Notes under the pieces: model-generated
What the model was told of the DNA's origin: nothing
The model's database searches: none
Seen by the model: the letters and a program-made list of their open reading frames with translations, nothing else
From: Patescibacteria group bacterium
GTDB lineage: Bacteria > Patescibacteriota > Minisyncoccia > Phycocordibacterales > JAKAEA01
Length of the DNA: 38,456 bases
Direction of reading: 5' to 3'
Assembly (NCBI GenBank): GCA_040387855.1
Contig: JAZKCY010000001.1
Coordinates: forward strand, 592,337-630,792
Translations under genes and position numbers: made by a program
In this document: piece by piece, positions 7,649 to 17,853 of the stretch
Numbering within the stretch: the stretch's first letter is position 1
How the letters are laid out: the number at the start of each line of letters is the position of its first letter

Positions 7649-9727
7649 TTATTTTAACAATTCATCCTTCAAATTAATATATACCTTCTGAGAAAGCATT
7701 TCTTTCTTGTACAAATCATTTAGTACAATCTCAGTAACTTTGTATGTGGCATTTAGAGTTAACCTGGTGTTGAGTTCACCTATCACGTTTGGGTTTGTTT
7801 TATGAATTTCTTCCATTCTCTTTTGAGCATGGACTCGTAGATCCCCGTATAATTTTATTGTACGATCTAAAGAATCCGCTTCAAAAATTCCAATTGGATA
7901 ATTAACTGTTACTTGCTCTAATTCTTTTATCACCTTACGCAAGATAATTGCTAACGCTCGATAATAGAGATATGCATCGTTGATTTCTTCTACTTGTTGA
8001 TCACGATTTCCTCGTAATACTTTCATTGTATAATCTGAGGTTCGTTCTATAAATCCTGAGGGGTCATGAGCATAGGGGTCAAAAGATAATGTGCCTTTTT
8101 CTAGTTGTTCTCTTTGTAGAGTTAGTTTTTTTAGTATTTTCTTAAATATATGTTCTGAAATTTCGTTATACAAGAACAATTCTTTTAGAAAGTGTTTCTC
8201 AATTCCTAAAGCATACATTCGTAATACACGTTCATGATGGGTTGTCTTTGTCCGGTGATGTTCCTGTCTGTGTGAGAGGAATTGTTCAAGTCCTTTTTCA
8301 TAATCTACTTTGATAATTTCATATGAATGTTTATCGATATACCCTTTTGTGTAGAAATCAGCCAATCTACCCAGCACTCGAGAGTTAATCATAGCCATAC
8401 TTTCTTCACGTTCGATTTTTTCTATATCAGTAAGATCACTAATCTTTAGCTTTTTTATGAACAATCCAATAGTTGTTGCTTTAAGGAAGATTGTGGCATA
8501 GATACACCCAATTGTTACAGCTAGAATAAACTCTTTAGGACTAAGGGCATGCGTCCAGCCAGGAATAGATAATGAATCTGGAATGAGTAAACCAACCATA
8601 ATTGCCAATGCACCTCTCAAACTCCCCCATGCCAATAAATGTTGCCATGACATTGGAATATGGGCTTCTTTCTTTCGCCAATTTACAAATCCAACAATTG
8701 GATATATAGAGAGTGCTCTCCCTACAGCTACAATTATTACACTTGCAATAATTGGCCAAATGAGATCTGTAAATGCAATTGGAACAGATATAAAAATAAG
8801 TCCCATCAAAATAAACACCAAAGAGTTGGCAATAAAGGCAAACTGTCCCCATACTTTTTCAACATATTCTTCGGCACGAATTGAGATTTTATATCGTCCG
8901 TAGTTTCCGAGGACCAATGCAGCAGCTGTAGTTGCAATAATTGGTGAGAGTTTTACTTCCTGACCAAAGAGTATTAAATGTTCAGAAATAAGTTCACTGA
9001 GAATAAATGTGAGGTGTGATACTACAAGAGTCAATGTAATACTTACAAATTCATTGTCACGAGTATATTGGATGAACTTCGAAAATACCCATCCCATAAA
9101 TGTTCCAAAGACCAACCCAAACGTTAGCATCATTATAAATATGAAGATGCCATGCACTACTGAAGCTGCTCCGTGAAATCCCGACTGGGCAATTTCAAGT
9201 ACAACAAGAAAAAGTGCTACAGCTGTAGCATCATTAAATATACTTTCTCCTTCAAATATAAGGGCAAGCCGCTTTGGCGCTCCATATTCTTTAAACAATG
9301 CGAGTACTGCTACAGGGTCAGTAGATGAAATAAGCGAAGCGAAAAGCAGTGCCACTATAAATGGTATTGGGAATCCAAAAAAGTTGAAGACAAGATACAT
9401 TGCTCCTGCAATGAAAAATGCTGAGAAAAGTAAGCTTATAAATGCCAATGCTGATATGGATCGTACATTCTCCATAATCTTTCGGAACTCCATATTATAA
9501 GCAGATTCAAAGAGAAGAATCGGCAAAAATACATAAAATAGAAGATTAGGTGTAAGTGTAAATTCCTTAATAAACGGGAAAAACTGTGCTAAAGGCACCA
9601 AGATCACTCCAATAGCTACCAATAATACGGTATATGGTAGTCGAACCTTTTTTGCCAAGAAAAAAGCACTACTAGCTATAGTGAGGAGGGTAAACAGGGC
9701 TAAGACGTATGATAATGTGATATCCAT
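7649..9727 (-). CDS. Na+/H+ antiporter, CPA1 (NhaP-type), with a ~260-aa cytoplasmic C-terminal extension
   Basis: 692 aa. The first ~430 aa are multi-TM with the ISSTDPVAV motif. The C-terminal helical region is of unknown function. Confidence 0.85.
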   Translation of the reverse strand: MDITLSYVLALFTLLTIASSAFFLAKKVRLPYTVLLVAIGVILVPLAQFFPFIKEFTLTPNLLFYVFLPILLFESAYNMEFRKIMENVRSISALAFISLLFSAFFIAGAMYLVFNFFGFPIPFIVALLFASLISSTDPVAVLALFKEYGAPKRLALIFEGESIFNDATAVALFLVVLEIAQSGFHGAASVVHGIFIFIMMLTFGLVFGTFMGWVFSKFIQYTRDNEFVSITLTLVVSHLTFILSELISEHLILFGQEVKLSPIIATTAAALVLGNYGRYKISIRAEEYVEKVWGQFAFIANSLVFILMGLIFISVPIAFTDLIWPIIASVIIVAVGRALSIYPIVGFVNWRKKEAHIPMSWQHLLAWGSLRGALAIMVGLLIPDSLSIPGWTHALSPKEFILAVTIGCIYATIFLKATTIGLFIKKLKISDLTDIEKIEREESMAMINSRVLGRLADFYTKGYIDKHSYEIIKVDYEKGLEQFLSHRQEHHRTKTTHHERVLRMYALGIEKHFLKELFLYNEISEHIFKKILKKLTLQREQLEKGTLSFDPYAHDPSGFIERTSDYTMKVLRGNRDQQVEEINDAYLYYRALAIILRKVIKELEQVTVNYPIGIFEADSLDRTIKLYGDLRVHAQKRMEEIHKTNPNVIGELNTRLTLNATYKVTEIVLNDLYKKEMLSQKVYINLKDELLK

Positions 9728-9803
9728 ATGTTTTTTAAATTGTGCTCTACTATTCTATGCTTGATGAGGATGATATTCAAGTTTTTTTTGCTATACTATA
9801 CGT

Positions 9804-11378
9804 ATGGGCAACAAACCTACTTATAAAAAGATAAGTGAGTTCCTTCTCTCCTTTCTTATTACATGTTATGAACTAACTGCTGGCTTCTTTTCAACTGTTG
9901 GCAGGGTTTTGCAGAATATTAGCAATTCTATTCCAAATTGGGAAATTCGAGAAAAAGCACATCCCGCATTATTGCGATTTGGAGTAGCTTTCATTTTGTG
10001 TTTAATCGCTATTGGTATTAAAAGTATTGCAGATCCGTACTTCGCATCGAGTCATCCTTTTCTGTTTTTCTATGGAGTCATCGTAATAAGTGCATGGTAT
10101 GGAGGAAGTCGACCAGGCATATTTGCAGCAATATTTGTATCTGTATTTGCCTATTATGCATATTTGAAACCGTTGAACCCAGATGCAACTGGACCAAACG
10201 TATTCGCATCATTTACATTTTTCATACAAGGACTACTTGTTGTAGGAATTAGCGCAACAATGCACAAGACTCAGCAAGAATTTGAAGAGAAAAAAAGATA
10301 TACCCAATATTATGCCAATATCGCCCGTCATATATCTGATGCTGTAATTTCTACAGATGAAGATCTCATAATTCAAAGTTGGAATGACGGAGCCGAACAA
10401 TTGTATGGATGGAAAGCAGATGAAGTACTTGGAAATAAACTTCACGATATTATCTCGTATTCTAGTGGATCAAATGCTAAAAGAAGTATTCTGGAAGTTC
10501 TAGATATTGATGAACACTGGAAAGGCGAAGTCGTCCATCATCGAAAAAATGGATCACGTATTCATATCCTTACGTCTGTATCAAAACTCTATGGCGAAGA
10601 TAATGAAATCCTAGGTGTAGTAATGGTTAATAAAGACATTACAGACCGCAAAAAGCTTGAACAAGGAAAAGATGACTTTATTGCTCTTGCCAGCCATGAA
10701 CTAAAAACTCCCCTTACCAGTGTAAAGCTTTATACCGGAATCTTAAAACAACTTTTCACTAAAAATGCTGATCCTAAGCCTTTAGAGTATTTATCTAAGG
10801 TTGATGGACAGATAGGCAAGCTTCTTGAGCTCGTAAATCATCTTTTAGATGTATCTAAGGTGCAGGCAGGTAAGATTCAATACCAGTTTGAGCCAGTGGA
10901 ATTAGACAAATTTGTAGTAGAAGTTGCACATGATATTCAACAAATTACTACGAGTCACACACTTACGATTACTGGTAAAACAGGTAAAATAGTGGCTATA
11001 GATAAGGATAGATTGCGGCAAGCAATTGTGAATATTTTAAATAATGCTATAAAGTACTCAGCTCAAGCACATACGGTGAATATTACGTTAACTAAAGAGC
11101 GAGATCAGGTTCGAGTTGCAATTCAAGACTTTGGTGTTGGTATTCCTAAAGAAAAGCAACACAAAATCTTTGATCGATTCTACCAAGTCAACGATTCTAA
11201 AGGGTATACTTATTCAGGTATGGGACTTGGCCTTTATATTACTCATGAGATAATAGAGAAACATAACGGTAAATTATGGGTCGAAAGTGAAGAAGACAAA
11301 GGTTCTACATTTATATTTACATTACCAACCTTAAGAAAAGGATATGAGCAAAAAAAAGACAATTCTCCTCGTAGATGA
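9804..11378 (+). CDS. sensor histidine kinase (TM/DUF4118-like + PAS + HisKA + HATPase_c)
   Basis: H-box SHELKTPL, N-box NILNNAIKYS, G-boxes DFGVGI and GMGLGLY. The PAS region is around aa 170-290. TATACT lies 6 nt upstream of the ATG. Confidence 0.85.
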   Translation: MGNKPTYKKISEFLLSFLITCYELTAGFFSTVGRVLQNISNSIPNWEIREKAHPALLRFGVAFILCLIAIGIKSIADPYFASSHPFLFFYGVIVISAWYGGSRPGIFAAIFVSVFAYYAYLKPLNPDATGPNVFASFTFFIQGLLVVGISATMHKTQQEFEEKKRYTQYYANIARHISDAVISTDEDLIIQSWNDGAEQLYGWKADEVLGNKLHDIISYSSGSNAKRSILEVLDIDEHWKGEVVHHRKNGSRIHILTSVSKLYGEDNEILGVVMVNKDITDRKKLEQGKDDFIALASHELKTPLTSVKLYTGILKQLFTKNADPKPLEYLSKVDGQIGKLLELVNHLLDVSKVQAGKIQYQFEPVELDKFVVEVAHDIQQITTSHTLTITGKTGKIVAIDKDRLRQAIVNILNNAIKYSAQAHTVNITLTKERDQVRVAIQDFGVGIPKEKQHKIFDRFYQVNDSKGYTYSGMGLGLYITHEIIEKHNGKLWVESEEDKGSTFIFTLPTLRKGYEQKKDNSPRR

Positions 11379-11721
11379 TACTCCTGATATTTTAGATGCG
11401 TTAGAACTAGTTCTTGGCATGGAAGGTTATGCTATTGAGCGAGCAACAACGCAATCACAAGTTGATGAAAGAATAAAAGATACTTCAGAACTTCCAAATC
11501 TGATTTTACTTGATGTACTTTTATCGGGACAAGATGGTCGAGTTATAGCAAAGTCACTTAAAGCAGCATCTAAAACAAAAAATATTCCTATCATTATGAT
11601 GTCTGCTCATCCAAATGTTTCTAAAACTATTACAGAAGCTGGTGCAGATGATTTCATTGCCAAGCCATTTGAAATGGAAGAGCTTCTCTCAAAAATTAAA
11701 AAGCATATATCTAAGAAATAG
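11344..11721 (+). CDS. single-domain response regulator (CheY-like receiver)
   Basis: 125 aa. It has the LLVDD acidic pocket, the LILLDVLL phospho-Asp and a KPF motif. It overlaps the kinase 3' end by 35 nt. Confidence 0.85.
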   Translation: MSKKKTILLVDDTPDILDALELVLGMEGYAIERATTQSQVDERIKDTSELPNLILLDVLLSGQDGRVIAKSLKAASKTKNIPIIMMSAHPNVSKTITEAGADDFIAKPFEMEELLSKIKKHISKK

Positions 11722-11745
11722 GTTTATTTAGCATAATGTATATAT

Positions 11746-11774
11746 TTGACACAGTGTATTATATATAGTATAAT
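11746..11774 (+). promoter_or_regulatory. perfect consensus sigma70 promoter
   Basis: TTGACA-17 nt-TATAAT exactly, 25 nt upstream of the ATG at 11800. GGAGG is at 11789-11793. Confidence 0.55.
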
Positions 11775-11799
11775 ACAGGTAGTTTAGTGGAGGCTAATC

Positions 11800-12192
11800 A
11801 TGGTGATAGCAGCATTTGCTGCTTGTACGGCTGTGAAAAGGTTGTGGGCGAAGTTCTTGCGCTTCATGCGTATCCTCGCCCTGATCTTAGCAGGAGTAAT
11901 CCTGGGATGGTACGCAAAAACGTACCACCACAAAATCTCCAAGACATGGCAGTATCAGATGGCTTTCGGCTGGCTAGCCGATGAACCAACTGAGAAAGTC
12001 AGAGTCACGGAGAAAGTCTCCGACGGGACTGTAACCGTCGCGAGAATCCCAGGCAAAGCGTGGCATGCATTCCGGGAGGAGTTCAACAAACCTTCCGAGG
12101 TGCCGCCAGCATCCCCTGCCACACAGCCAACAACCAAACCAGCACAACGCTGGTGGCCCTTCTACCTAAGGAGCAAACCCGGACCGGGATAA
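11800..12192 (+). CDS. membrane-anchored hypothetical protein with Pro/Thr-rich C-terminus (high-GC cassette)
   Basis: 130 aa. It has one N-terminal TM segment (ILALILAGVILGWY) and the tail PPASPATQPTTKPAQ. GGAGG lies 6 nt upstream and a strong terminator follows. Confidence 0.55.
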   Translation: MVIAAFAACTAVKRLWAKFLRFMRILALILAGVILGWYAKTYHHKISKTWQYQMAFGWLADEPTEKVRVTEKVSDGTVTVARIPGKAWHAFREEFNKPSEVPPASPATQPTTKPAQRWWPFYLRSKPGPG

Positions 12193-12212
12193 TTATTTCC
12201 CCACGTCCAACG

Positions 12213-12250
12213 CCCTGCATCGCATTTCACTATGCGATGCAGGGTTTTCG
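12213..12250 (+). terminator. strong intrinsic terminator
   Basis: Perfect 13-bp stem CCCTGCATCGCAT-ttcact-ATGCGATGCAGGG followed by TTTTCGTTT. It abuts the ddl stop codon. Confidence 0.75.
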
Positions 12251-12251
12251 T

Positions 12252-13223
12252 TTATCTACGATGTGTATGAGCAAGAGTGATTAGATGCTCAAGAAAATCA
12301 GGAAAAGAAACTCCAATAGATTCCAAAGACTGTGGCAATAATGACTGTGGTGTAAGTCCAGGCAACGTATTTACTTCAAGAATGTACACACCTCTTCGGG
12401 GAGTTACAATAAAATCTGAGCGAGAGTAATGTCGCAAGCCTAAAGATTCATGTGCTAGTTTTGCTAGTCTTTGAATTTCTGCTTTTTCTAGTGCTGTAAA
12501 ATTGCCTGGGTATATTTCCTGAGTCTTACCGTTATATTTTGATTCATAATCAAAATGATCTGTATGTGAAGGATGAATTATTTCAACAGGTGGTAATATG
12601 TAGTGCGTTTCCCCACGTAATCCGTCGATAACTCCACAAGTAGCTTCCTTTCCTCGAATGTATTCTTCCATAAGTACCGTATCAGAATATTGAAATGCAT
12701 TATGAAAGGCTTCTTCTAAATGATTGAAATTTTTAACAATACTTACTCCCATTGATGATCCTGATGTTGCAGGTTTTACTACTATTGGCAAAAAGAAATG
12801 ATGAAACGCATAACTCACTTTCTCTTTTAGATTGTCTGTATGTCGTATAACTGTATGATATGGAGTTTTTAATCCATGATGAGTAAAAGCATTTTTTGAA
12901 AGTATCTTATTCATACCTACAGCTGATGCCATAGAACCAGAGCCAGTATATGGAAGTGCTAGCGCATCAAGAATTTGTTGCACCTTACCATCTTCGCCAT
13001 ATTCACCGTGTAGCGCATTAAAAACAACATCAACATGAGCTAATGCACGCTCTGGAGATTTTTCCATACCATCTCGATGCCAAGTACCATCTTTTGAAAT
13101 AAAAATATCGTGGCCGTGATATTTTTCTGGGAGATGTTTCAAAACAGCACCTCCACTTTTTAGAGAAACATCATATTCACTTGATGGACCGCCACGCAAT
13201 ACTGCCACTCGTAGTTTTGTCAT
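12252..13223 (-). CDS. ddl: D-alanine--D-alanine ligase
   Basis: 323 aa, ATP-grasp fold. It has the VAVLRGGPSSEYDVSL N-terminus, a HGEYGEDG motif and a LEVNTLPGLT C-terminal motif. TATACT lies 7 nt upstream of the ATG. Confidence 0.9.
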   Translation of the reverse strand: MTKLRVAVLRGGPSSEYDVSLKSGGAVLKHLPEKYHGHDIFISKDGTWHRDGMEKSPERALAHVDVVFNALHGEYGEDGKVQQILDALALPYTGSGSMASAVGMNKILSKNAFTHHGLKTPYHTVIRHTDNLKEKVSYAFHHFFLPIVVKPATSGSSMGVSIVKNFNHLEEAFHNAFQYSDTVLMEEYIRGKEATCGVIDGLRGETHYILPPVEIIHPSHTDHFDYESKYNGKTQEIYPGNFTALEKAEIQRLAKLAHESLGLRHYSRSDFIVTPRRGVYILEVNTLPGLTPQSLLPQSLESIGVSFPDFLEHLITLAHTHRR

Positions 13224-13283
13224 TACATCTAGTATAACAAATGATGAGGCACTTTTGTTTCGCGTGTGTGTATAAAAATTGAA

Positions 13284-14534
13284 TTAACCAATTTTGTCTC
13301 GTTTTTTTCTATGATAAGCCAAAGCAAATCTGTGAGCTTCGCTATTTACGAGCAAAATAGATTTACCATGATTTATTACAGTCTGCTGATCCCCTAGTAT
13401 TTCTTTTGGTTTATGTCGTTCATCTTTTATCACAGCAGCAAGCTCAATTGTGAGCCCTCGTTCTTTAAGCACAGCTTGTGCAGCATTCATCTGAGCAGTA
13501 CTACCATCAACAACAATCAGATTCGGCATAGGCCATTCTAAGTGCCCCAAACGTCGTCTTAAGATCTCTTTAAGTGCTCCTGTGTCATTAACTCCTGGAT
13601 TTATTTTAATTTTAAATTTTCTATACTGCGATTTATTTATTTCACCATCTTCTACAACTACCATTACACCAACAACAGACGTTCCAGAACTATGCGCCAC
13701 ATCATATGCTTCTATTCTAAATACATCATCAGATCCAGATACAGCTCCACCTGCAGAATCATAAATTTTATTAGTACTCTTGAGAAGTGCTACATCATGA
13801 ATGTGATTGAGGGCAAAAATAGTATTTCGTGCTCGTGATGCGAGTTCAAATTCCTGAACCTTTGCATAAGCATCCATCTGCTTCTCAAGATTTTTAATAA
13901 GTGCTTTCTTTTTACCTTCAAAAAACATTCTTAGATTTTGGATATGGTCACTATATGCTTCTTGAGTAATCTCGCCAGTACATACTCCTGGACACAAGCC
14001 GATCTGCCTATTGAAACAAGGTTTACCAGACTGAGGTGTACACTTATTGTCAGAATAAGGAAAAATCTTCCTAATTATTTTCATTGCCACTTTAAGCTGG
14101 CCTCCATGAGGAAACGGCCCAAAAATATATTTATATTTTTTATTATCCTGCTCTGTTAAGACAGTTCTCCCTCGAACTGTTAAAATCTTTGGAAAATTCT
14201 CGTTAGTAAAGACAACATAGTTGTAGCTTTTATTATCTTTTTCTTTTGTATTAAATCGTGGTTGATGAGTTTTTATGAGATTTGCTTCAAGCAATAGAGC
14301 CTCAAGTACAGAATCAGTTTGTGTAACATCTATGTCATGAGCAAGAGCGACCATATCCACCAAAAGTCTTCCACGAGTTTGAATAAGATCAGCACCAAAA
14401 TAACTTCGCACGCGATCGCGAAGTGATGTGGCTTTGCCAATATATAAAATATCTCCTTGGGAATCTTTAAAGAAATACACACCCGGTGTATCAGGTAATT
14501 TTTCAGATATGATTTTAAATTCTTGACCTGTCAT
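13284..14534 (-). CDS. uvrC: excinuclease ABC subunit C, short form lacking the C-terminal (HhH)2 domain
   Basis: GIY-YIG (PGVYFFKD..ILYIGKA), a Cys-rich segment, a UVR domain, and the RNase H-like endonuclease region (FRIEAYDVAH). It is 416 aa, against about 610 in E. coli. Confidence 0.85.
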   Translation of the reverse strand: MTGQEFKIISEKLPDTPGVYFFKDSQGDILYIGKATSLRDRVRSYFGADLIQTRGRLLVDMVALAHDIDVTQTDSVLEALLLEANLIKTHQPRFNTKEKDNKSYNYVVFTNENFPKILTVRGRTVLTEQDNKKYKYIFGPFPHGGQLKVAMKIIRKIFPYSDNKCTPQSGKPCFNRQIGLCPGVCTGEITQEAYSDHIQNLRMFFEGKKKALIKNLEKQMDAYAKVQEFELASRARNTIFALNHIHDVALLKSTNKIYDSAGGAVSGSDDVFRIEAYDVAHSSGTSVVGVMVVVEDGEINKSQYRKFKIKINPGVNDTGALKEILRRRLGHLEWPMPNLIVVDGSTAQMNAAQAVLKERGLTIELAAVIKDERHKPKEILGDQQTVINHGKSILLVNSEAHRFALAYHRKKRDKIG

Positions 14535-14593
14535 GATTTAAATAGTACGTTAGTTAAGGGCGACGGGCAAATTCACATTTTAGCGAGGTGTCT

Positions 14594-14764
14594 ATGAATT
14601 CTCTCAGAGGGCATCTCCAGTCTGATGAGGAGATGCTCAACCAATGTACGATGTTGCAGTGGCCAGTTGTGAAAACCTGGCTGTTTGTCTGCAATCATCT
14701 TCCCGCTCTCGTAGTCTGCACCATTGTTGCCGGCTGCGCGATCGTCTGGATGTGCAAGAATTAG
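14594..14764 (+). CDS. possible 56-aa Cys-rich hydrophobic peptide (below the ORF-track cutoff; high-GC cassette)
   Basis: Hand translation: MNSLRGHLQSDEEMLNQCTMLQWPVVKTWLFVCNHLPALVVCTIVAGCAIVWMCKN. GAGG lies 5 nt upstream, and a hairpin+T7 follows directly. It competes with the antisense 123-aa track ORF. Confidence 0.4.
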   Translation: MNSLRGHLQSDEEMLNQCTMLQWPVVKTWLFVCNHLPALVVCTIVAGCAIVWMCKN

Positions 14765-14768
14765 GGTT

Positions 14769-14792
14769 CGTCTTCCGAGGCGAGCTTTTTTT
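14769..14792 (+). terminator. intrinsic terminator after the 56-aa ORF
   Basis: CGTCT-tccg-AGGCG, then agc and TTTTTTT. Confidence 0.45.
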
Positions 14793-14801
14793 ATGTACCA
14801 T

Positions 14802-14830
14802 TTGACAAACTCATCTATTAGGCGTATCGT
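14802..14830 (+). promoter_or_regulatory. sigma70-like promoter
   Basis: TTGACA-17 nt-TATCGT, upstream of the ATG at 14871. Confidence 0.35.
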
Positions 14831-14870
14831 TTTAGTAGCACTCTTGCCCTTAGGGCAGAAAGGTTCCTCT

Positions 14871-15167
14871 ATGACCGCGTTGGAACGACAAGACTGGCTG
14901 AAGAAGCACTCGAGCAACCACATGACCATCATCATGCTCAGCATGTTCGGTGGCGGTGGGATCGCGGCACTCCTCAGCGTGATCTGGAAAGAGTCGTACT
15001 ACCTCATCGGCCTGATCCTGCTGGCCCTGGTGGTCGACATCGCCTACGTGTGGGTCATCGACATCCTGGCCACCAAGGAGCTGAAGGTTCGCGCTGCTCG
15101 AGCCGCACCGCCGGCGTCGACATCGACCCCCATACGCAGTGCGCCATCAGACCTACAGGCAGCCTAA
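14871..15167 (+). CDS. 2-TM membrane protein, hypothetical (high-GC cassette)
   Basis: 98 aa counted from the internal ATG (AAAGG 7 nt upstream). It has two hydrophobic helices and an Ala/Pro/Ser-rich tail. The track start 14724 would read through the terminator and promoter. Confidence 0.5.
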   Translation: MTALERQDWLKKHSSNHMTIIMLSMFGGGGIAALLSVIWKESYYLIGLILLALVVDIAYVWVIDILATKELKVRAARAAPPASTSTPIRSAPSDLQAA

Positions 15168-15168
15168 G

Positions 15169-15197
15169 ACCATTCGGCCCCCCGTTTGGCCTTTTTT
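15169..15197 (+). terminator. imperfect hairpin + T-run
   Basis: CCATTCGG-cccc-CCGTTTGG (two mismatches), then CCTTTTTTA. The T-run touches the uvrA stop. Confidence 0.35.
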
Positions 15198-17853
15198 ATT
15201 TCAAAATTTTCTTCAAATACTTTCCTGTGTGAGACTTAGGATTGTTTGCAACATCTTCAGGAGTTCCCTTTGCCACAATCTTTCCTCCTCCTACTCCTCC
15301 TTCAGGTCCAATATCTATAATATAATCTGAGCACTTAATGAGATCCATATTGTGTTCGATAACCATTACCGTATTTCCTTTATCTACAAGCTTCTGAAGA
15401 ATTTCAATAAGTTTATTTACATCTTCATAATGAAGACCAATTGTTGGTTCGTCCAAAAGATAAATAGTCTTCTGTACATGAGGCTTGTATAATTCTGAAG
15501 AAATTTTAACTCGCTGTGCTTCTCCACCAGAAAGTGTTGTTGCAGATTGACCCAATTTTAAGTATCCCAAACCTACTTCGTTGAGAGTTTTAAGTCTGTC
15601 TGAAATTGCCGGAATATCTTCAAAAAATGTAGTTGCCTCTTCTACTGTCATTTCAAGCACATCATAAATACTTTTCTTTTTGTACTTTACTTCAAGGGTT
15701 TCTTTCATAAAGCGCTTACCGTCACAAATATCACAGGGCACATACACTGTGGGCAAGAAACTCATTTCAACAGCAATTTCACCATTTCCCTGACATGCTT
15801 CACATCGTCCACCTTTTACGTTGAATGAAAATCGATTTGCCTTCCATCCTCGAGCTCGCGCTTCAGAACTTGTAGCAAACAAGTCTCGTATAAACGTGAA
15901 TGCACCAGTATATGTGGCAGGATTTGAGCGTGGTGTACGTCCAATAGCTGATTGATCTATAAGTACTGCTCTTCCTACATATTCAGTTCCATGAAAACTT
16001 GAGCAATTAAATATGTCATTAGTTCTATAGCGCTTTTCAAATCGTCCCTGCAAATTCTTATGGACAATCTCATACATGAATGTAGATTTTCCAGATCCAG
16101 AAACTCCCGTTACAGTAATCAATCTTCCAAGAGGAATATCAATATCCATATTTTTGATATTAAAGATATTTCCACCCCGCACCATAATTTTACCTTTATC
16201 CTGATCTCGACGTTCGCTAGGTACTTCAACTACTTTTTCACCACGAAGATATGAAAGCGTTACCGATCCAGAATCATTCTTTTTTGCTGTTAGCAATTTG
16301 TCTAAATATCCAGATACCACAATTTCACCACCATGAACTCCTGCTCCTGGTCCGATATCAATAATATAGTCAGAGGCAAAAATAGTATCTTCATCGTGTT
16401 CTACAACGATAATAGTATTCCCCATATCTCGTAGATTAAGAAGCGTTTTAATGAGTCTGTCATTATCTCGCTGGTGAAGACCAATAGTTGGTTCATCGAG
16501 TACGTAGAGCGCTCCTACAAGGCCCGATCCAAGCTGTGAAGCCAAACGAATTCGCTGAGCTTCTCCGCCAGACAATGTGTTGGCACGTCGATTGAGAGTA
16601 AGGTACTCGATACCCACATCTATCATAAAGATCAAACGCGCCTCTATTTCTTTAACCACAACCTTTGAAATACTTTTTTCTTTTGGAGTTAACTTAAGAT
16701 TTGAAAAGAAATCAAATGTTTCTTGAATAGAAAGCCCAACAAGATCAGAAATATTTAGCCCTGCAGGCTTTGTATAACCTGAGTTACTTTTTGCTTTTGT
16801 TTTATCTTTAGGATTTTCATCTGTTCCTAAGAATACATGCAATGCTTCTTCTCGTAGTCTAGTTCCATTACAAGTAGGACACAAATCTTCACCCATAAAA
16901 TACTTAGTACCCAAGCCGTTACACGTTGGACATGCTCCATAGGGTGAGTTGAATGAAAACAAACGAGGTTCGATTTCTGGATATGAGAATCCATCATATG
17001 GACACATAAACTTTGAAGAAATTAGTTTTTCTTCTTCAGGTGTGCATACTCTTAATAAACCTTTTGATTCTTCCAAGGCTTTTTCTACAGCTTCAGATAA
17101 ACGTTCTTTAGCTCCTGTTTCTGTCTTTGCATGAAATTCACTCACATACATTTCATCTACAAGCACATCTATGTTGTGCTTCTTATTTTTATCCAAAATT
17201 ATTTGCTCTCGAAGTTTTTTGACTTCTCCATCTATTTTTACCTGCTCATATCCTTTACCTAGTAAATCATAAAGCATTTGATAGTACTCACCTTTGCGAC
17301 CGACTACTATAGGCGACCAAATTTGAACTTTTAGTTTGTCATATTCAACTCCCATTACTTCGTGCTTTTTGCCTTTTGTATCAACAGCATTAATAGTCTC
17401 AAGAATCGTACTCATGATTTCTTCTTGAGTGAGCTTTTTTATTTCACGTCCACATTCCAAACAGTGAGGTCGGCCAATACGAGCATACAAAAGTCTTAGG
17501 TAATCATAAATCTCAGTTATAGTAGCTACGTTTGAGCGTGGATTATTTGATCGAGATTTTTGATCAATAGAAATAGCTGGAGAAAGACCAATGATTTCAT
17601 CAACATCAGGTTTTTGCATTTGTCGCAAAAACTGTCTGGCATATGAAGAAAGAGATTCTATATATCGTCGTTGACCTTCAGCAAAAATAGTATCAAATGC
17701 CAAAGACGACTTTCCTGATCCAGAAAGCCCTGTAAATACAACCATTTTATTGCGAGGCATTTCAACGGTCACATTCTTAAGATTGTGAGTTCGTGCTCCT
17801 TTTACAATGATTTTGTCTTTATTATCACCGCCGATGTCTGTTTTTGTGGCCAT
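15196..17853 (-). CDS. uvrA: excinuclease ABC subunit A
   Basis: 885 aa. It has two ABC ATPase modules ([10 protein letters not shown] and GVSGSGKST Walker A; LSGGEAQR signatures twice) and zinc-finger CxxC pairs. Confidence 0.95.
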   Translation of the reverse strand: MATKTDIGGDNKDKIIVKGARTHNLKNVTVEMPRNKMVVFTGLSGSGKSSLAFDTIFAEGQRRYIESLSSYARQFLRQMQKPDVDEIIGLSPAISIDQKSRSNNPRSNVATITEIYDYLRLLYARIGRPHCLECGREIKKLTQEEIMSTILETINAVDTKGKKHEVMGVEYDKLKVQIWSPIVVGRKGEYYQMLYDLLGKGYEQVKIDGEVKKLREQIILDKNKKHNIDVLVDEMYVSEFHAKTETGAKERLSEAVEKALEESKGLLRVCTPEEEKLISSKFMCPYDGFSYPEIEPRLFSFNSPYGACPTCNGLGTKYFMGEDLCPTCNGTRLREEALHVFLGTDENPKDKTKAKSNSGYTKPAGLNISDLVGLSIQETFDFFSNLKLTPKEKSISKVVVKEIEARLIFMIDVGIEYLTLNRRANTLSGGEAQRIRLASQLGSGLVGALYVLDEPTIGLHQRDNDRLIKTLLNLRDMGNTIIVVEHDEDTIFASDYIIDIGPGAGVHGGEIVVSGYLDKLLTAKKNDSGSVTLSYLRGEKVVEVPSERRDQDKGKIMVRGGNIFNIKNMDIDIPLGRLITVTGVSGSGKSTFMYEIVHKNLQGRFEKRYRTNDIFNCSSFHGTEYVGRAVLIDQSAIGRTPRSNPATYTGAFTFIRDLFATSSEARARGWKANRFSFNVKGGRCEACQGNGEIAVEMSFLPTVYVPCDICDGKRFMKETLEVKYKKKSIYDVLEMTVEEATTFFEDIPAISDRLKTLNEVGLGYLKLGQSATTLSGGEAQRVKISSELYKPHVQKTIYLLDEPTIGLHYEDVNKLIEILQKLVDKGNTVMVIEHNMDLIKCSDYIIDIGPEGGVGGGKIVAKGTPEDVANNPKSHTGKYLKKILK

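Noticed and set aside
11787-12284. ORFs 11787-11984 (+), 11955-12137 (-) and 12060-12284 (+)
   Set aside because: They are alternate frames of the 11800-12192 gene. The last one reads through the 13-bp terminator hairpin.
14573-14944. 123-aa minus-strand ORF containing LILAHPDD (PIG-L/LmbE-like string)
   Set aside because: Its N-terminal 25 codons are antisense to the start of the plus-strand membrane gene and its promoter. It has no SD. The plus strand resolves into two clean SD/terminator-bounded units. I keep it as an explicit alternative in the findings because I cannot compute coding potential.
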